From assembly GCA_043824255.1 (NCBI GenBank), contig JBDRTG010000040.1, positions 1 through 64,000 on the forward strand: a stretch of 64,000 nucleotides of DNA. The letters run 5' to 3'. The position numbers and the translations under genes were made by a program. Source of the DNA: a bacterium. Lineage in GTDB: Bacteria > JAHJDO01. Below the pieces are notes generated by a model. It saw only the letters and a program-made list of their open reading frames with translations. It ran no database searches and was not told the origin of the DNA. This document shows positions 1 through 11,037 of this stretch, piece after piece; positions within the stretch are counted from its first letter, which is position 1; each line of letters starts with the position of its first letter.

Positions 1-127
1 AGGAGACAATGTAGATTTAGAGATAGAGTTAATAGCACCCATAGCAATGGAAGAAGGATTAAGATTTGCGATAAGAGAGGGAGGAAGGACAGTAGGTGCT
101 GGTGTTGTATCTAAAATTATTAAGTGA
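1..127 (+). CDS. tuf: Elongation factor Tu, 3' end (partial, runs off window)
   Basis: Frame from nt 2 reads [41 protein letters not shown], the EF-Tu C-terminus; precedes rpsJ. Not in ORF track. Confidence 0.98.
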   Translation, partial: GDNVDLEIELIAPIAMEEGLRFAIREGGRTVGAGVVSKIIK

Positions 128-162
128 ACTTAGTAGATAGGTAGTACTTATAGGATAACAAA

Positions 163-471
163 ATGTCAAAAGAAAAGATAAGGGTAATGTTGAAAGCTAA
201 TGACCACAAATTGCTTGACCAGTCTGTTAAGGAGATAGTTAAGACAGTTGAGAAAACAGGTGCTGTTGTTATAGGACCTATTCCATTACCAACAAGAAAA
301 GAAAGATTTACAGTATTAAGATCCCCTCATGTTGATAAAAAATCACGTGAGCAGTTTGAAATAAGAACACACAAAAGACTGATAGATATTATAGATCCAA
401 CTCCTAAGACTGTGGATGCATTGATGAAGCTTGACTTACCATCTGGGGTTGATGTTGAGGTTGAATTATAG
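163..471 (+). CDS. rpsJ: 30S ribosomal protein S10
   Basis: [31 protein letters not shown] motifs; synteny. Confidence 0.99.
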   Translation: MSKEKIRVMLKANDHKLLDQSVKEIVKTVEKTGAVVIGPIPLPTRKERFTVLRSPHVDKKSREQFEIRTHKRLIDIIDPTPKTVDALMKLDLPSGVDVEVEL

Positions 472-485
472 GAAATGAAATTATA

Positions 486-1118
486 ATGTTCTCTGGTCTA
501 ATAGGTAGAAAAGTAGGCATGACACAGATTTTTGGGGAGAAGAGAGAAGTTATACCTGTTACTTTGATTGAAGCTGGACCATGTGTTGTTTTGCAAAAAA
601 AGGCATCAGATCAAGAAGGATATGAGGCTATTCAGTTAGGATATGAGGATATAAAAGAAAAGAAATTAACAAAATCCTTGAAGGCTAAGTTTACTAAGAT
701 AAAAGTAAAGCCTAAAAGATATATAAGAGAATTCAGGGTGAATAATCCTGATGATTATGAAGTAGGACAGGAACTAAGGGTTGATATTTTCGAGGAAGGA
801 AGCTTTGTTGATGTATGTGGAACTTCCAAAGGAAAGGGGTTTGCTGGTGTAATAAAGCGATGGGGATTTAAAGGAGGGCCAAAGTCTCATGGCTCAAGGT
901 TCCACAGAGCTCCTGGATCCATAGGCGCTAGTTCTTCTCCTTCGCGTGTATTTAAGGGACAGAAATTACCGGGGCAGATGGGAAACAAGAAAGTTACTAT
1001 ACAAAGTCTTGAAATTGTGCGGTTGGATAAAGAGAAGAATTTATTAGTTATAAAGGGAGCTGTCCCTGGAGCGAGTAGAGGAATTGTGATGGTGGAAAAG
1101 GCTAAAAAGAAGAGTTAA
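486..1118 (+). CDS. rplC: 50S ribosomal protein L3
   Basis: [33 protein letters not shown] motifs; synteny. Confidence 0.99.
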   Translation: MFSGLIGRKVGMTQIFGEKREVIPVTLIEAGPCVVLQKKASDQEGYEAIQLGYEDIKEKKLTKSLKAKFTKIKVKPKRYIREFRVNNPDDYEVGQELRVDIFEEGSFVDVCGTSKGKGFAGVIKRWGFKGGPKSHGSRFHRAPGSIGASSSPSRVFKGQKLPGQMGNKKVTIQSLEIVRLDKEKNLLVIKGAVPGASRGIVMVEKAKKKS

Positions 1119-1123
1119 TTACT

Positions 1124-1756
1124 ATGGCAACCATTAAAGTATATAGTATTGATAAGAAAGAATCAGAAGGAATGAAGCTGGATAGTAAAATATTTGATAA
1201 AAAGGTTAATGAAGCAGTTATACAACAAGCAGTGAGAATGTATCTGGCAAACAGGAGAAAGGGTTCTGCTAATACGAAGACAAGGGCTGAAGTTAGAGGA
1301 GGAGGTGCAAAACCCTGGAAACAAAAAGGAACAGGTAGAGCACGCGCAGGGAGTAATTCCTCTCCTTTATGGAGAAAAGGTGGCGTTACTTTTGGTCCGA
1401 AGCCAAGAAGCTTTCATTACTCTATCCCGCAAAAAGTAAAGGATTTGGCCCTAAGGTCTGCGGTAAATATTAAGTATAAGGATAATCAAATAATGCTGGT
1501 AGATAGCCTTGTTATTAAAAGTGGAAAGACAAAGGATGCAGCCTGCATCTTTTCTAAGTTTTGTCCTGGGAAAAAAGTTTTGGTTATAAAAGATGAAATA
1601 GACGAGAGTACAGCCGGGTCTATTAGGAATTTGCCGGATATAAGAGTTATGAGTTCAGCGAATGTTAGTACGTATGATGTTTTAGCACATGATATTTTAT
1701 TTTGCGACAGGGATAGCTTTGCTAATTTCTCAAATAGGATGATGCATAAAGAATGA
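1124..1756 (+). CDS. rplD: 50S ribosomal protein L4
   Basis: TKTRAEVRGGGAKPWKQKGTGRARAG motif; synteny. Confidence 0.99.
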   Translation: MATIKVYSIDKKESEGMKLDSKIFDKKVNEAVIQQAVRMYLANRRKGSANTKTRAEVRGGGAKPWKQKGTGRARAGSNSSPLWRKGGVTFGPKPRSFHYSIPQKVKDLALRSAVNIKYKDNQIMLVDSLVIKSGKTKDAACIFSKFCPGKKVLVIKDEIDESTAGSIRNLPDIRVMSSANVSTYDVLAHDILFCDRDSFANFSNRMMHKE

Positions 1757-2034
1757 AAAGCATATATGAAATTATAAAAGGTCCGCTGATTACGGAAAAG
1801 AGCACAGATCTTGGTGAGAAGCAGAATAAATATGTTTTCAAAGTAGGTTGTGATGCAAATAAAATTGAGATCAGAAACGCAATAGAGAAGATATTTAATG
1901 TAAAAATAGAGAAGGTTAATACTGTAAAACTACAGGGTAAAAAGAAAAGGGTCAGGAAAGTTGAGGGAAAAACCCCTGATTGGAAGAAGGCTGTTATAAC
2001 ACTTAAGGAAGGCAATAAAATAGAATTTATTTAG
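1753..2034 (+). CDS. rplW: 50S ribosomal protein L23
   Basis: PLITEKS, ANKIEI, WKKAVITL motifs; synteny. Confidence 0.98.
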   Translation: MKSIYEIIKGPLITEKSTDLGEKQNKYVFKVGCDANKIEIRNAIEKIFNVKIEKVNTVKLQGKKKRVRKVEGKTPDWKKAVITLKEGNKIEFI

Positions 2035-2043
2035 TGGGTAATT

Positions 2044-2874
2044 ATGGCAATAAAAAAACATAAACCAACAACTCCAAGTAGAAGATTTACGGCACTGCTT
2101 GCATTTGATGAACTTACAAAAGGCAAGCCTGAAAAGAGTCTCACTACATCATTGAATAAAAAGAGTGGGCGTAATGCTAGAGGGAAGATTACTGTAAGGC
2201 GCAGAGGCGGTGGGCATAAACGAAAATATCGCATTATTGATTTTATAAGAAGCAAAAAAGATATAGAGGGGGAAATAGTTTCAATTGAGTATGACCCAAA
2301 TAGAACGAGCAGAATTGCTCTAACGCAGTATCCTGACGGTGAAAAGAAATATATAATCGCGCCGGCAGAAATTAGAGTGGGTGACAAAATTATATCTGGA
2401 AAAACGGTAGAAATAAAAGCAGGTAATAGTCTGCCTTTAAGAAATATCCCTGCAGGTACTTTAATTCATAACGTGCAATTATATAAAAATAAGGGTGGTC
2501 AATTAGCACGTAGCGCTGGAGCAAGTGCTCAGTTAATGTCAAAAGAGGGAAACTATGCGCATGTAAGACTTCCATCAGGGGAGGTTAGAGCTATTTCCCT
2601 AGATTGCATGGCTACTATTGGGCAGGTTGGTAATATTGACCATGAAAGCATATCAAGCGGTAAAGCAGGTCGAAGCCGCTGGTTAGGTCGGCGTCCAAAG
2701 GTACGAGGTGTTGCTATGAATCCTGTTGATCATCCTCTTGGGGGCGGAGAGGGAAAGAGTTCAGGAGGACGACATCCTGTTTCCCCGTGGGGACAGCCTG
2801 CTAAAGGATTTAAAACAAGGAAGAAACGTAAAGAGTCTGATAAATACATTATAAAACATAGGAATAAAACATAG
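2044..2874 (+). CDS. rplB: 50S ribosomal protein L2
   Basis: [37 protein letters not shown] motifs. Confidence 0.99.
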   Translation: MAIKKHKPTTPSRRFTALLAFDELTKGKPEKSLTTSLNKKSGRNARGKITVRRRGGGHKRKYRIIDFIRSKKDIEGEIVSIEYDPNRTSRIALTQYPDGEKKYIIAPAEIRVGDKIISGKTVEIKAGNSLPLRNIPAGTLIHNVQLYKNKGGQLARSAGASAQLMSKEGNYAHVRLPSGEVRAISLDCMATIGQVGNIDHESISSGKAGRSRWLGRRPKVRGVAMNPVDHPLGGGEGKSSGGRHPVSPWGQPAKGFKTRKKRKESDKYIIKHRNKT

Positions 2875-2876
2875 AA

Positions 2877-3179
2877 ATGTCTAGATCAATTAAAAAAGGG
2901 CCATATTTAGACCAAAAGCTGGTAAAGAAAATGGAAGAAGCTAAAAGATCCGGTAATAAAAAGATTATTCAGACGTGGTCGCGTAGTTGTACTATTATAC
3001 CTGATTTTGTTGGTCAGAGCATTGGTGTACATAACGGGATGAAATTTATACCAGTGTACATAACAGAAAATATGGTGGGACACAAGCTGGGCGAATTTTC
3101 CCATACACGCACATTTCGCGCACATAGTGGACAAAGGTCTAAAATAGAGAAAGAAGAAAAAGGATCGAAAAAAGGATAA
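2877..3179 (+). CDS. rpsS: 30S ribosomal protein S19
   Basis: [21 protein letters not shown] motifs. Confidence 0.99.
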   Translation: MSRSIKKGPYLDQKLVKKMEEAKRSGNKKIIQTWSRSCTIIPDFVGQSIGVHNGMKFIPVYITENMVGHKLGEFSHTRTFRAHSGQRSKIEKEEKGSKKG

Positions 3180-3189
3180 TAAAGACATC

Positions 3190-3621
3190 ATGTATGCAAG
3201 AGCAAAAGCACGATTTATCCATGCATCTCCAAGGAAGTTAAGGGATGTAGTAAATCTTATTAGAGGCAGAGACGTAACTAAAGCGCTCAATATTCTTAAA
3301 CTTGTCTCGAGAACATCTACTCCTGTTGAAAAAGTTTTGCGCTCAGCAGTAGCAAATGCTGCACAACTAGCAAATATAAATGAGGAAGATTTATATATCT
3401 CCAAGATTACAGTTGATATAGGACCTGTTATAAAGAGATTTAGGGCTGCGCCAATGGGGCGGGCGGTTAAAATAAGGAAAAGGACGAGTCATATTAATAT
3501 AGTATTGCAGGATAAAATTAAAAGGAAAGTATCGGTATTACAGAATAAGCAATCTAGGGAAACTAAAGAGTCAGAAAAAGGAATACAGAATGGGACAAAA
3601 GGTTCATCCAGTAGGGTTTAG
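3190..3621 (+). CDS. rplV: 50S ribosomal protein L22 with C-terminal extension
   Basis: SPRKLR, SAVANA, IRKRTSHINIV motifs; extension overlaps rpsC start. Confidence 0.97.
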   Translation: MYARAKARFIHASPRKLRDVVNLIRGRDVTKALNILKLVSRTSTPVEKVLRSAVANAAQLANINEEDLYISKITVDIGPVIKRFRAAPMGRAVKIRKRTSHINIVLQDKIKRKVSVLQNKQSRETKESEKGIQNGTKGSSSRV

Positions 3622-4213
3622 ATTAGGGGGAATAAAAACCTCTCAGTCATGTTGGATTGCGAAGAAAAATTATGCATCCCTTATTTTAGAGGATGCACAT
3701 GTTCGTGAATATATTAACAAGAATTTAGAACATGCAGGTGTAGCTGATATAGAAATTCGCCGGTCATTAGGAAAGGCAACTATAAATCTTCATACTGCAA
3801 GACCAGGAGTTATCATTGGTAGAAAAGGTACGGAAATTGATCGATTAAGAGAGAGCTTGGAAAAGATGACAAACAAGCAGATTGTTATAAATATTGTGGA
3901 AATCGAAAATCCAGCTATAAATGCACAATTGGTTGCAAAGGGCATAGGAGCGCAGTTAGTAAAAAGAATTCCATTTAGAAGAGCAATGAAAAAAGCTGTC
4001 AGCTTAGCAATGCAATCTGGAGCGCAGGGCATGAAAATAGTTTGTTCCGGGCGTCTGGGAGGAGTTGAAATAGCACGAAGGGAAACAGCAAAGGATGGAA
4101 AGATACCTCTGCATACTTTAAGAGCCGATATAGATTACGGTTTTGCAGAGGCGCATACTACGTACGGGATAATAGGTGTGAAGGTGTGGGTATGCAAAGG
4201 GGAGATTATATAA
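3590..4213 (+). CDS. rpsC: 30S ribosomal protein S3
   Basis: [35 protein letters not shown] motifs. Confidence 0.99.
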   Translation: MGQKVHPVGFRLGGIKTSQSCWIAKKNYASLILEDAHVREYINKNLEHAGVADIEIRRSLGKATINLHTARPGVIIGRKGTEIDRLRESLEKMTNKQIVINIVEIENPAINAQLVAKGIGAQLVKRIPFRRAMKKAVSLAMQSGAQGMKIVCSGRLGGVEIARRETAKDGKIPLHTLRADIDYGFAEAHTTYGIIGVKVWVCKGEII

Positions 4214-4214
4214 G

Positions 4215-4643
4215 ATGCCATTAATTCCCAAACGCGTTAAACATAGAAAGATGCAGAGGGGACGTATGAAAGGAATCTCCTGCAGGGGGCATAATATAAG
4301 TTTTGGAGAATATGGTTTGAAAGCTTTAGAATGTGCGTGGATAACTAGCCGTCAGCTTGAGGCTGCAAGAGTTGCAATGACAAGATATATTAAACGAGGT
4401 GGCAAGGTTTGGATAAGAGTAGTTGCTGACAAGCCTGTAACAAAAAAGCCAGCTGAGACCAGGATGGGAAAAGGGAAAGGAGCCCCTGAGTACTGGGTTT
4501 CAGTTATCAAGCCGGGTAGGGTCCTGTTTGAGCTAGGCGGTATTACAGAAGATTTAGCACAAGAGGCTATGAAACTTGCAGCAACAAAACTGCCTATAAA
4601 GACACGATTCATAGTCAGAGAAAAATTAGGTGTGACATCATAA
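4215..4643 (+). CDS. rplP: 50S ribosomal protein L16
   Basis: [19 protein letters not shown] motifs. Confidence 0.99.
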   Translation: MPLIPKRVKHRKMQRGRMKGISCRGHNISFGEYGLKALECAWITSRQLEAARVAMTRYIKRGGKVWIRVVADKPVTKKPAETRMGKGKGAPEYWVSVIKPGRVLFELGGITEDLAQEAMKLAATKLPIKTRFIVREKLGVTS

Positions 4644-4870
4644 TGAAGGTTAGTAAGTTTAGGGATATGACAAATATAGAATTGGACCAGGAACTTGTTA
4701 ATTTAAAACAGGAAATATTTAATTTAAATGTTCGTTCATCTACAGGGCAATTGGAAGATCCAAAAAGGATTGGACGATTAAGAAAAGATATAGCAAGAAT
4801 TAATACTGTCTTGCGAGAGAGACAGATAGAGGAAGAAAAAAGTGAAAAGGATTCAAAAAGGAAAGACTAA
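4643..4870 (+). CDS. rpmC: 50S ribosomal protein L29
   Basis: [12 protein letters not shown] motif; synteny. Confidence 0.97.
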   Translation: MKVSKFRDMTNIELDQELVNLKQEIFNLNVRSSTGQLEDPKRIGRLRKDIARINTVLRERQIEEEKSEKDSKRKD

Positions 4871-5102
4871 AGTAGGTAGTGTTGTTAGTGATAAGATGGA
4901 CAAGACGGTTGTCGTTTTAGTAGAAAGGCTGGTTTTACATTCGGTTTATAAACGAAGAGTGAGGAGATCTAGCAGGTTTAAAGCACACGATAAAGATAAC
5001 TCTGCGCATATAGGCGACAGGGTGGAAATTAAGGAAACCAGACCGCTAAGTAAAGATAAAAGATGGTATATTTCGAGGATTATAGAAAGGGCTAATAGCT
5101 AA
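4842..5102 (+). CDS. rpsQ: 30S ribosomal protein S17
   Basis: [27 protein letters not shown] motifs; GTG start. Confidence 0.98.
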   Translation: MKRIQKGKTKVGSVVSDKMDKTVVVLVERLVLHSVYKRRVRRSSRFKAHDKDNSAHIGDRVEIKETRPLSKDKRWYISRIIERANS

Positions 5103-5104
5103 AT

Positions 5105-5473
5105 ATGATACAAGCGCAAACCATTCTCAACGTAGCTGATAATTCAGGAGCAAAAAGGTTGATGTGCTTTAAGGTATTAGGAGGTACACGCAGAAGATAT
5201 GCCCAAATAGGCGATATTGTAGTAGCGTCTGTAAAAGAGTCAACTCCTGAGGGTGCTGTTAAAAAGGGGGATGTAGTAAAAGTTGTTATTGTGCGAACAA
5301 GAAAAGAGATTAGAAGAGAAGATGGTTCCTATATAAAATTTGATAAAAATGCTGGCGTTATAATTGATGCTCAGAAGAATCCGATTGGGACAAGGATTTT
5401 TGGACCAGTTGCCAGAGAATTGCGGGATAAAGGTTTTTCTAAAATTATTTCATTAGCTCCTGAGGTTATTTAA
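5105..5473 (+). CDS. rplN: 50S ribosomal protein L14
   Basis: [27 protein letters not shown] motifs. Confidence 0.99.
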   Translation: MIQAQTILNVADNSGAKRLMCFKVLGGTRRRYAQIGDIVVASVKESTPEGAVKKGDVVKVVIVRTRKEIRREDGSYIKFDKNAGVIIDAQKNPIGTRIFGPVARELRDKGFSKIISLAPEVI

Positions 5474-5484
5474 AGGGGAATTAG

Positions 5485-5817
5485 ATGTCTAGAGGGTCTA
5501 ATTATATTAAAAAAGGCGAGCAGGTTGTGGTTATATCAGGGAAGGAGAAGGGCAAGACAGGGCGTATCTTACGTATGTTCCCGAAGAAACAGAGAGCTAT
5601 TGTAGAGAGAGTGAATTTTGTTAAGAAACATACAAAACCTTCACAGAAGAATCGACAAGGGGGGATAGTAGAAAAAGAGGCGTCTCTGCATGTGTCTAAT
5701 TTATTATTATATTGCATGCGATGTGAAAAAGGGTCGAGAATCGGATTCAAAATATTGGAAAATAAAACCAAAGTGAGATATTGTAAACGTTGCAATGAGT
5801 TAATTGATAAGAGTTAA
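5485..5817 (+). CDS. rplX: 50S ribosomal protein L24
   Basis: KOW motif [33 protein letters not shown]. Confidence 0.98.
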   Translation: MSRGSNYIKKGEQVVVISGKEKGKTGRILRMFPKKQRAIVERVNFVKKHTKPSQKNRQGGIVEKEASLHVSNLLLYCMRCEKGSRIGFKILENKTKVRYCKRCNELIDKS

Positions 5818-5819
5818 AG

Positions 5820-6368
5820 ATGATGCGATTAGAAAAGAAATATAAAGAAGAAGTAGTATCCAAAATGATGAAGAAATTTGGGTATAAAAATAAACTACAG
5901 GTCCCAAAATTGGAAAAGGTTGTGCTTAACACATGTCTAAAAGAGGCTATAGAGAATAAGAAGGTTTTAGATGGCGCATGTTTAGAACTGGGAGCAATAA
6001 CAGGGCAAAAACCAGTTATTACAAAGGCAAAGAAGTCTATAGCAGGATTTAAACTCAGGGCCGAAATGCCAATAGGTGCTAAAGTGACTCTACGGCGGAG
6101 TAGAATGTATGAATTTCTTGATCGCTTGTTAAATATAACTCTGCCACGTATAAGGGATTTTAGAGGAGTTTCTCCGAAATCTTTTGATGTTAGAGGAAAC
6201 TATACATTGGGCATTAAGGAACAAATTATATTTCCAGAGATAGATGTTGATAAAACAGAGAAAGTCCATGGTTTAGATATTACAATTGTCACTAGTGCGA
6301 AAACTCCTGATGAAGGAAGAGAGTTGTTAGGATTGTTAGGTATGCCTTTTACTAGAGATGATACATAA
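5820..6368 (+). CDS. rplE: 50S ribosomal protein L5
   Basis: [30 protein letters not shown] motifs. Confidence 0.99.
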   Translation: MMRLEKKYKEEVVSKMMKKFGYKNKLQVPKLEKVVLNTCLKEAIENKKVLDGACLELGAITGQKPVITKAKKSIAGFKLRAEMPIGAKVTLRRSRMYEFLDRLLNITLPRIRDFRGVSPKSFDVRGNYTLGIKEQIIFPEIDVDKTEKVHGLDITIVTSAKTPDEGRELLGLLGMPFTRDDT

Positions 6369-6383
6369 GAAGGAAAAAGGGAG

Positions 6384-6569
6384 ATGGCAAGAAAAGCGCT
6401 TATAGCAAAAGCTAAAAGAGAGCCGAAATATAAAGTGCGAAGGTACAATAGGTGTAGTTTGTGCGGAAGACAGCGGGGATATCTAAGAAAATTCGGATTA
6501 TGTAGAATATGCTTTAGAAAATTAGCTCTGAGTGGAAAACTTCCTGGAGTTATAAAAGCTAGTTGGTAA
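6384..6569 (+). CDS. rpsN: 30S ribosomal protein S14 (short, Zn-binding type)
   Basis: 61 aa, RCSLCGR and CRICFR zinc motifs, ends KASW. Confidence 0.98.
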   Translation: MARKALIAKAKREPKYKVRRYNRCSLCGRQRGYLRKFGLCRICFRKLALSGKLPGVIKASW

Positions 6570-6584
6570 TTTGGGAGGATAAAA

Positions 6585-6980
6585 ATGCCTGTAACAGATC
6601 CAGTATCAGACATGCTTACATCCATTAGAAATGCTTATATGGTTAATAAAAGCCATTTATCTGTACCAGCCTCTATATTAAAGGTGGATGTAGTAAGTAT
6701 TCTAAAAAAAGAGGGGTTCATTCAGGATTATAAAGTTGAGGCTAATAATAGCCATAGAATTATAGAAATAGATTTGCGCTATGATAGAAATGAACCTATG
6801 GTAAGAGGTTTAGAAAGAGTAAGCAAACCAGGTCTGCGTATATATGTACCTGCTTCTAAAATCCCCAGAGTAAAGAGAGGGGCAGGAATAGCTATCTTAT
6901 CTACTTCAGAAGGCGTAATGACTGATAAAGAATGTCGTAGAAAGAAAATTGGGGGCGAGGTTATTTGTTATGCATGGTAG
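6585..6980 (+). CDS. rpsH: 30S ribosomal protein S8
   Basis: DPVSDMLTSIRNA, RVSKPGLRIY, ILSTSEGVMT, GGEVICY motifs. Confidence 0.99.
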   Translation: MPVTDPVSDMLTSIRNAYMVNKSHLSVPASILKVDVVSILKKEGFIQDYKVEANNSHRIIEIDLRYDRNEPMVRGLERVSKPGLRIYVPASKIPRVKRGAGIAILSTSEGVMTDKECRRKKIGGEVICYAW

Positions 6981-7009
6981 AGGGTTGACTAAAAAGGAGA
7001 TAAACTAAC

Positions 7010-9109
7010 ATGAAAAAACTTTCAGTATTTTTACTCATATTTTCAGTAATCTTAACCAGTGTAACTCCTGCCCATAGCTGGCCATGGTCCAGAAATCGTC
7101 GTCCACTTCCGCCAAGAACAGCAACGATTCAAGGACGAGTAACAGATTCAATAACAAATCAAGCCATATCCGGCGCAACAGTCCGGGCAGGCAGTCATAA
7201 AGCTGTTACAAATGCAAATGGAAATTATTCAATAAAGAATATTAAGGTATGGTTCTGGGGAAGGATATATAGAGTAAGAGCCGAAGCAAAAGGATATTAT
7301 ACAAGTTCCAGATGGATATATGTAAGGAAAGGAAGAACATACACATTAAACTTCAGATTGAGACCCAGAAAGCCGCTAATATTAGTCAAGATAGATTCGC
7401 CTGAAGATAATTCCTACATAAAAGGAACAAGCTTAGATGTAATAGTATCATGGCAGGGCAGAGCAGGAATAATAGATTTATATCTGGATAATAATTTAGC
7501 CGGCAGTTACAGGACATGGCGCTGGTGGCACAGGTCAGGAAATCATACATTCAAAGTAGACATTTCAGTTCAACAAGACGGAGAACACAAGCTCAAAGCA
7601 ATAGCATACAGATCGCACAGGAGACGAGGTTACAAAGCAGAATCTAAAGAGATAACATTTATTTTAGATAATAGTTTGCCTGTGATTTCAGACATCTCAC
7701 CAGTAGATAATGCTTTAATTAACAACAACCAGCCGGAGATCTCAACAGTATTGTCGGATGCAACAAGTGGGATTGATAAAGACACAATCATATTAAAAGT
7801 TGATGATGCAGAAGTAACTGCAGGTTATGATGAGGTAACAGGAAAGGTAAGTTACACACCAGAAACAGCGCTTGCTGATGGAACGCATACAATTTTAATA
7901 GAAGTGAAAGACAGGGCAAGAAACGAGGCAAGTGTTACATCAACATTTACAATAGACGCAACATCGCCAGTAATATCAAACATTCTGCCGGAAGATGGTT
8001 CGGAAACGACTGAGACAAGACCGCTAATTTCTGCCAATTATTCAGACTCTGGATCTGGAATAAATGCAACTACAGCAAAAATATTAGTAGGTAATATAAA
8101 CCAAACTTCACATGCTGTAGTCACAGAAACAGGTATTAGTTATAAGCCAGCAGAGGATTTGTTGTATGGCGTCATAGGAGTTCATATAGAGATAAAAGAC
8201 AATGCAGAAAATCTTGCCCAAGTAGATTATGAATTTACAATAAGGGACTATGTCCAGGAACTGGAAGATGGGGTTAGTGAAGGAGATTGGGATAAGATTT
8301 GTGAATCAGCAGATAAGATTATGAAAGAAGGAGGAAAGCTGGTAGATGAATTGATTGAAGCTGCAAAGGATGAAACAAAAGATATCGTGCTAAGATCAAT
8401 GTATTTAGAGATATTAGGAGAAATTGAAGATTCAAAAGCAGTAGACAGTTTAATAAACGTTGTTAAAGATGACTCTGAAGATTCGGAAATTAGAGCAAAT
8501 GCAGCCTACTCATTAGGTAAGATAGGTGATTCGAGGGCAGTTCAACCATTACTAGAAGAACTAGATAATGAGGATACAAACATACGCTCTACTATATCAT
8601 TAGCGCTTGGGTTACTAAACGCGCCTGAGGCTATAGCTCCTCTGCTTGACCAATTAAATAACAGTAAAGATCTTACAGAAAGGATAAGGGCAGGAAGCTC
8701 ATTAGCTAGTATGAAAGCTCAACAGGCGTATGATAGTTTTATAAGCATTTTAACAAGTGATGAAGATGAATCAATAAGACTGCTGTCAGCTTTGTGGTTA
8801 GGAGAACTTGGAGATATTCTAGCAGTTCCATCATTGATAAATGCGTTAAAGGATAAAAGTAGTTGTGTTGCCTGTAATGCAGCAATAGCATTGGGTATAC
8901 TAAAAGATACATCAGCAGTACAACCACTGATAGAAGCATTAGAGGATGAAGGGTTATTAAGAATAGAAGCAGCAGAAGCGCTTGCGGAAATAGGAGACCA
9001 AAGCGCAGCACAAGCAATTGCAGATGTAATAGAAATAGAGAAAGACACATGGGGATTAACGAAACTAAAAGAAGCTTATAAGAAGTTAACAGGCAATGAA
9101 TATGAATAA
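7010..9109 (+). CDS. Secreted protein A1: carboxypeptidase-regulatory-like domain, Ig-like domains, C-terminal HEAT (PBS-lyase-like) repeats
   Basis: Sec signal (TPAHS-W); ATIQGRVTDS...ISGATV...TNANGNYSI; Ig-like DGTHTILIEVKDRARN; HEAT repeats such as IRANAAYSLGKIGDSRAVQPLLEEL; paralog of 20263..22176. Confidence 0.8.
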   Translation: MKKLSVFLLIFSVILTSVTPAHSWPWSRNRRPLPPRTATIQGRVTDSITNQAISGATVRAGSHKAVTNANGNYSIKNIKVWFWGRIYRVRAEAKGYYTSSRWIYVRKGRTYTLNFRLRPRKPLILVKIDSPEDNSYIKGTSLDVIVSWQGRAGIIDLYLDNNLAGSYRTWRWWHRSGNHTFKVDISVQQDGEHKLKAIAYRSHRRRGYKAESKEITFILDNSLPVISDISPVDNALINNNQPEISTVLSDATSGIDKDTIILKVDDAEVTAGYDEVTGKVSYTPETALADGTHTILIEVKDRARNEASVTSTFTIDATSPVISNILPEDGSETTETRPLISANYSDSGSGINATTAKILVGNINQTSHAVVTETGISYKPAEDLLYGVIGVHIEIKDNAENLAQVDYEFTIRDYVQELEDGVSEGDWDKICESADKIMKEGGKLVDELIEAAKDETKDIVLRSMYLEILGEIEDSKAVDSLINVVKDDSEDSEIRANAAYSLGKIGDSRAVQPLLEELDNEDTNIRSTISLALGLLNAPEAIAPLLDQLNNSKDLTERIRAGSSLASMKAQQAYDSFISILTSDEDESIRLLSALWLGELGDILAVPSLINALKDKSSCVACNAAIALGILKDTSAVQPLIEALEDEGLLRIEAAEALAEIGDQSAAQAIADVIEIEKDTWGLTKLKEAYKKLTGNEYE

Positions 9110-10022
9110 TAAGAGCATTTTAAAAGCTTTAATAATTTTTGCAATCGTCTTATCTATTCCATTTTTGGCAGGTTGGAAAAATAGAATAGCGAGAATGGGG
9201 CTAAAGGGTAAAATTGCTTATGAAATACCCGGAATAGATGGAAGTAATAAAATAGGAATATTAAATTTAGAAACTGGAAAGCACAGAAAAATATATGTAG
9301 GAGAATGGGCTATTGATCCAGAAATCTCTCCAGATGGTGGAAAAATAGCGTATGTTGCACTTAGTGGAGGATATTGCTTAAAAATATTCAATATGGAAAG
9401 CAAAACCAAAAAATCATTTGGCGATATGGAAACAGTTCGCTGGCCCAAATGGTCCCCAGATGGTAAAAAAATACTCTACTATTCAAACAGATTGGCGATT
9501 GGTGGCACCGAGGGAACTTATGTAATAAATGTAGAAAGCGGCAAGGAAAAATTTATTGTTGAGTCTGTTTCAGACGCCTTGTGGTCATTTGATGGAGAAA
9601 AAATAATCGCATTCATATCTGGAAAAGGAACTTGTTTTATAGATATACAAAATAAAAAAGTATCGTCTTTTACTAGTCCAAACCTATTGAATAATGCTAT
9701 AGATCCTCGTTTTTCTCCAGATGGCAGTAAAGTTGTATATGAAGCAAATACAAAAGAGAGCTCGTATGAGGATATATTCATTATGGATAAAGACGGAAGT
9801 AATAAGAAAAAATTAACAAATGCTCCATATAAGGAACTAGATATCTTTTTACCGCATTTGTATGGGTGTTCGTACCCTAGATGGACACCTGACGGGAAAA
9901 AAATAATATATTTAAAATCACTGAGGGGAGGTTATTTCCCGCTTTTTTATTCAGCATCGTATTTATATATGATGAATCCGGATGGGACAGATAAGGTAAG
10001 AATAAGAAGATTTTGCTTTTAA
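9096..10022 (+). CDS. TolB-like/PD40 beta-propeller protein B1a
   Basis: N-terminal hydrophobic leader; repeats PEISPDGGKIAY, PKWSPDGKKILY, PRFSPDGSKVVY, PRWTPDGKKIIY. Confidence 0.85.
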   Translation: MNMNNKSILKALIIFAIVLSIPFLAGWKNRIARMGLKGKIAYEIPGIDGSNKIGILNLETGKHRKIYVGEWAIDPEISPDGGKIAYVALSGGYCLKIFNMESKTKKSFGDMETVRWPKWSPDGKKILYYSNRLAIGGTEGTYVINVESGKEKFIVESVSDALWSFDGEKIIAFISGKGTCFIDIQNKKVSSFTSPNLLNNAIDPRFSPDGSKVVYEANTKESSYEDIFIMDKDGSNKKKLTNAPYKELDIFLPHLYGCSYPRWTPDGKKIIYLKSLRGGYFPLFYSASYLYMMNPDGTDKVRIRRFCF

Positions 10023-10037
10023 CATTAAGGAGTCAAG

Positions 10038-11018
10038 ATGAAAAACTGTAACAAATTACAAATTGCAGGAATGATTTTTACAATCATTTTATCTATTCCA
10101 TTTTTGGCAGGCTGGTGTTGGAATAAACCAATAACAAATCCGGAGGTTGCTATAAATGATAAAGATGGCAAAGTATATATTATAGACACTAATAATAGAA
10201 TAAGAAGGGTAAGAATAAAAAACAGAGGATTTGATGTATCGCTTTCTCCTGACGGCACTAAAATTGCATATAATGATTATATTAGGCGCATTAGTGATAC
10301 AGAAGCCATTTACGGATTATGGGTGTGTAATATAGATGGAACAGACCAAAGGTTAATAAGTAACAGAGGAGGGAAAGGGGCTTTGCCTCGCTTAATAGCG
10401 TGGTCTCCAGATAGTAAAAGAATAGCTTTCAAAGCAGATTATGATAAAGGAGGAGGAATATATTTAGTAGAATCTTCAGGTAAAAACGAAAAGTTTTTAA
10501 TGAAGGCAGGATTGCTTGGTTGGGTTGACAATAGAACAGTAGTATGCGGCAAAGATAGAAAGATACTCTTATTGGATGTGATAACCTTAAAAACAAAGGA
10601 CAAAATTGTTCATAAGATATCTAGTGATGAAGAAAGGCTTTCTTATTCTGGAGATAAGATTGTTTATATGGAACATATTGAAAAAATTCGAGAGGGAAGT
10701 CGTTTTTATAGAACTGTTAAGAATATCTATATTTCGGGTATCAATGGGGAAAACAAAAAGCTTTTGGCCAAAGAGAGAATAAGCGAAAAGCCCAAACCTC
10801 AGCTATTTTCTTTTTCAAACTTAAAATGGGGAAGAAGCGGGAAGAAGATTTTTTATAATGCTAAACCATTGGTGCTCAGAGAACAGGGGTATAAATCTGA
10901 TACAAGAGGCTGGCGTTTTACCTCTTTCTATTATTTTTTAATGTGCATAGAGATTGACGATAATAATAACATTACTAATAAAACAAAATTAAAAGAGATT
11001 AGATATACCAGATTCTGA
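10038..11018 (+). CDS. TolB-like/PD40 beta-propeller protein B1b
   Basis: Leader shared with B1a (LSIPFLAGW); SLSPDGTKIAY, AWSPDSKRIAF repeats. Confidence 0.8.
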   Translation: MKNCNKLQIAGMIFTIILSIPFLAGWCWNKPITNPEVAINDKDGKVYIIDTNNRIRRVRIKNRGFDVSLSPDGTKIAYNDYIRRISDTEAIYGLWVCNIDGTDQRLISNRGGKGALPRLIAWSPDSKRIAFKADYDKGGGIYLVESSGKNEKFLMKAGLLGWVDNRTVVCGKDRKILLLDVITLKTKDKIVHKISSDEERLSYSGDKIVYMEHIEKIREGSRFYRTVKNIYISGINGENKKLLAKERISEKPKPQLFSFSNLKWGRSGKKIFYNAKPLVLREQGYKSDTRGWRFTSFYYFLMCIEIDDNNNITNKTKLKEIRYTRF

Positions 11019-11037
11019 AACATGGAGGTATTTTAGA

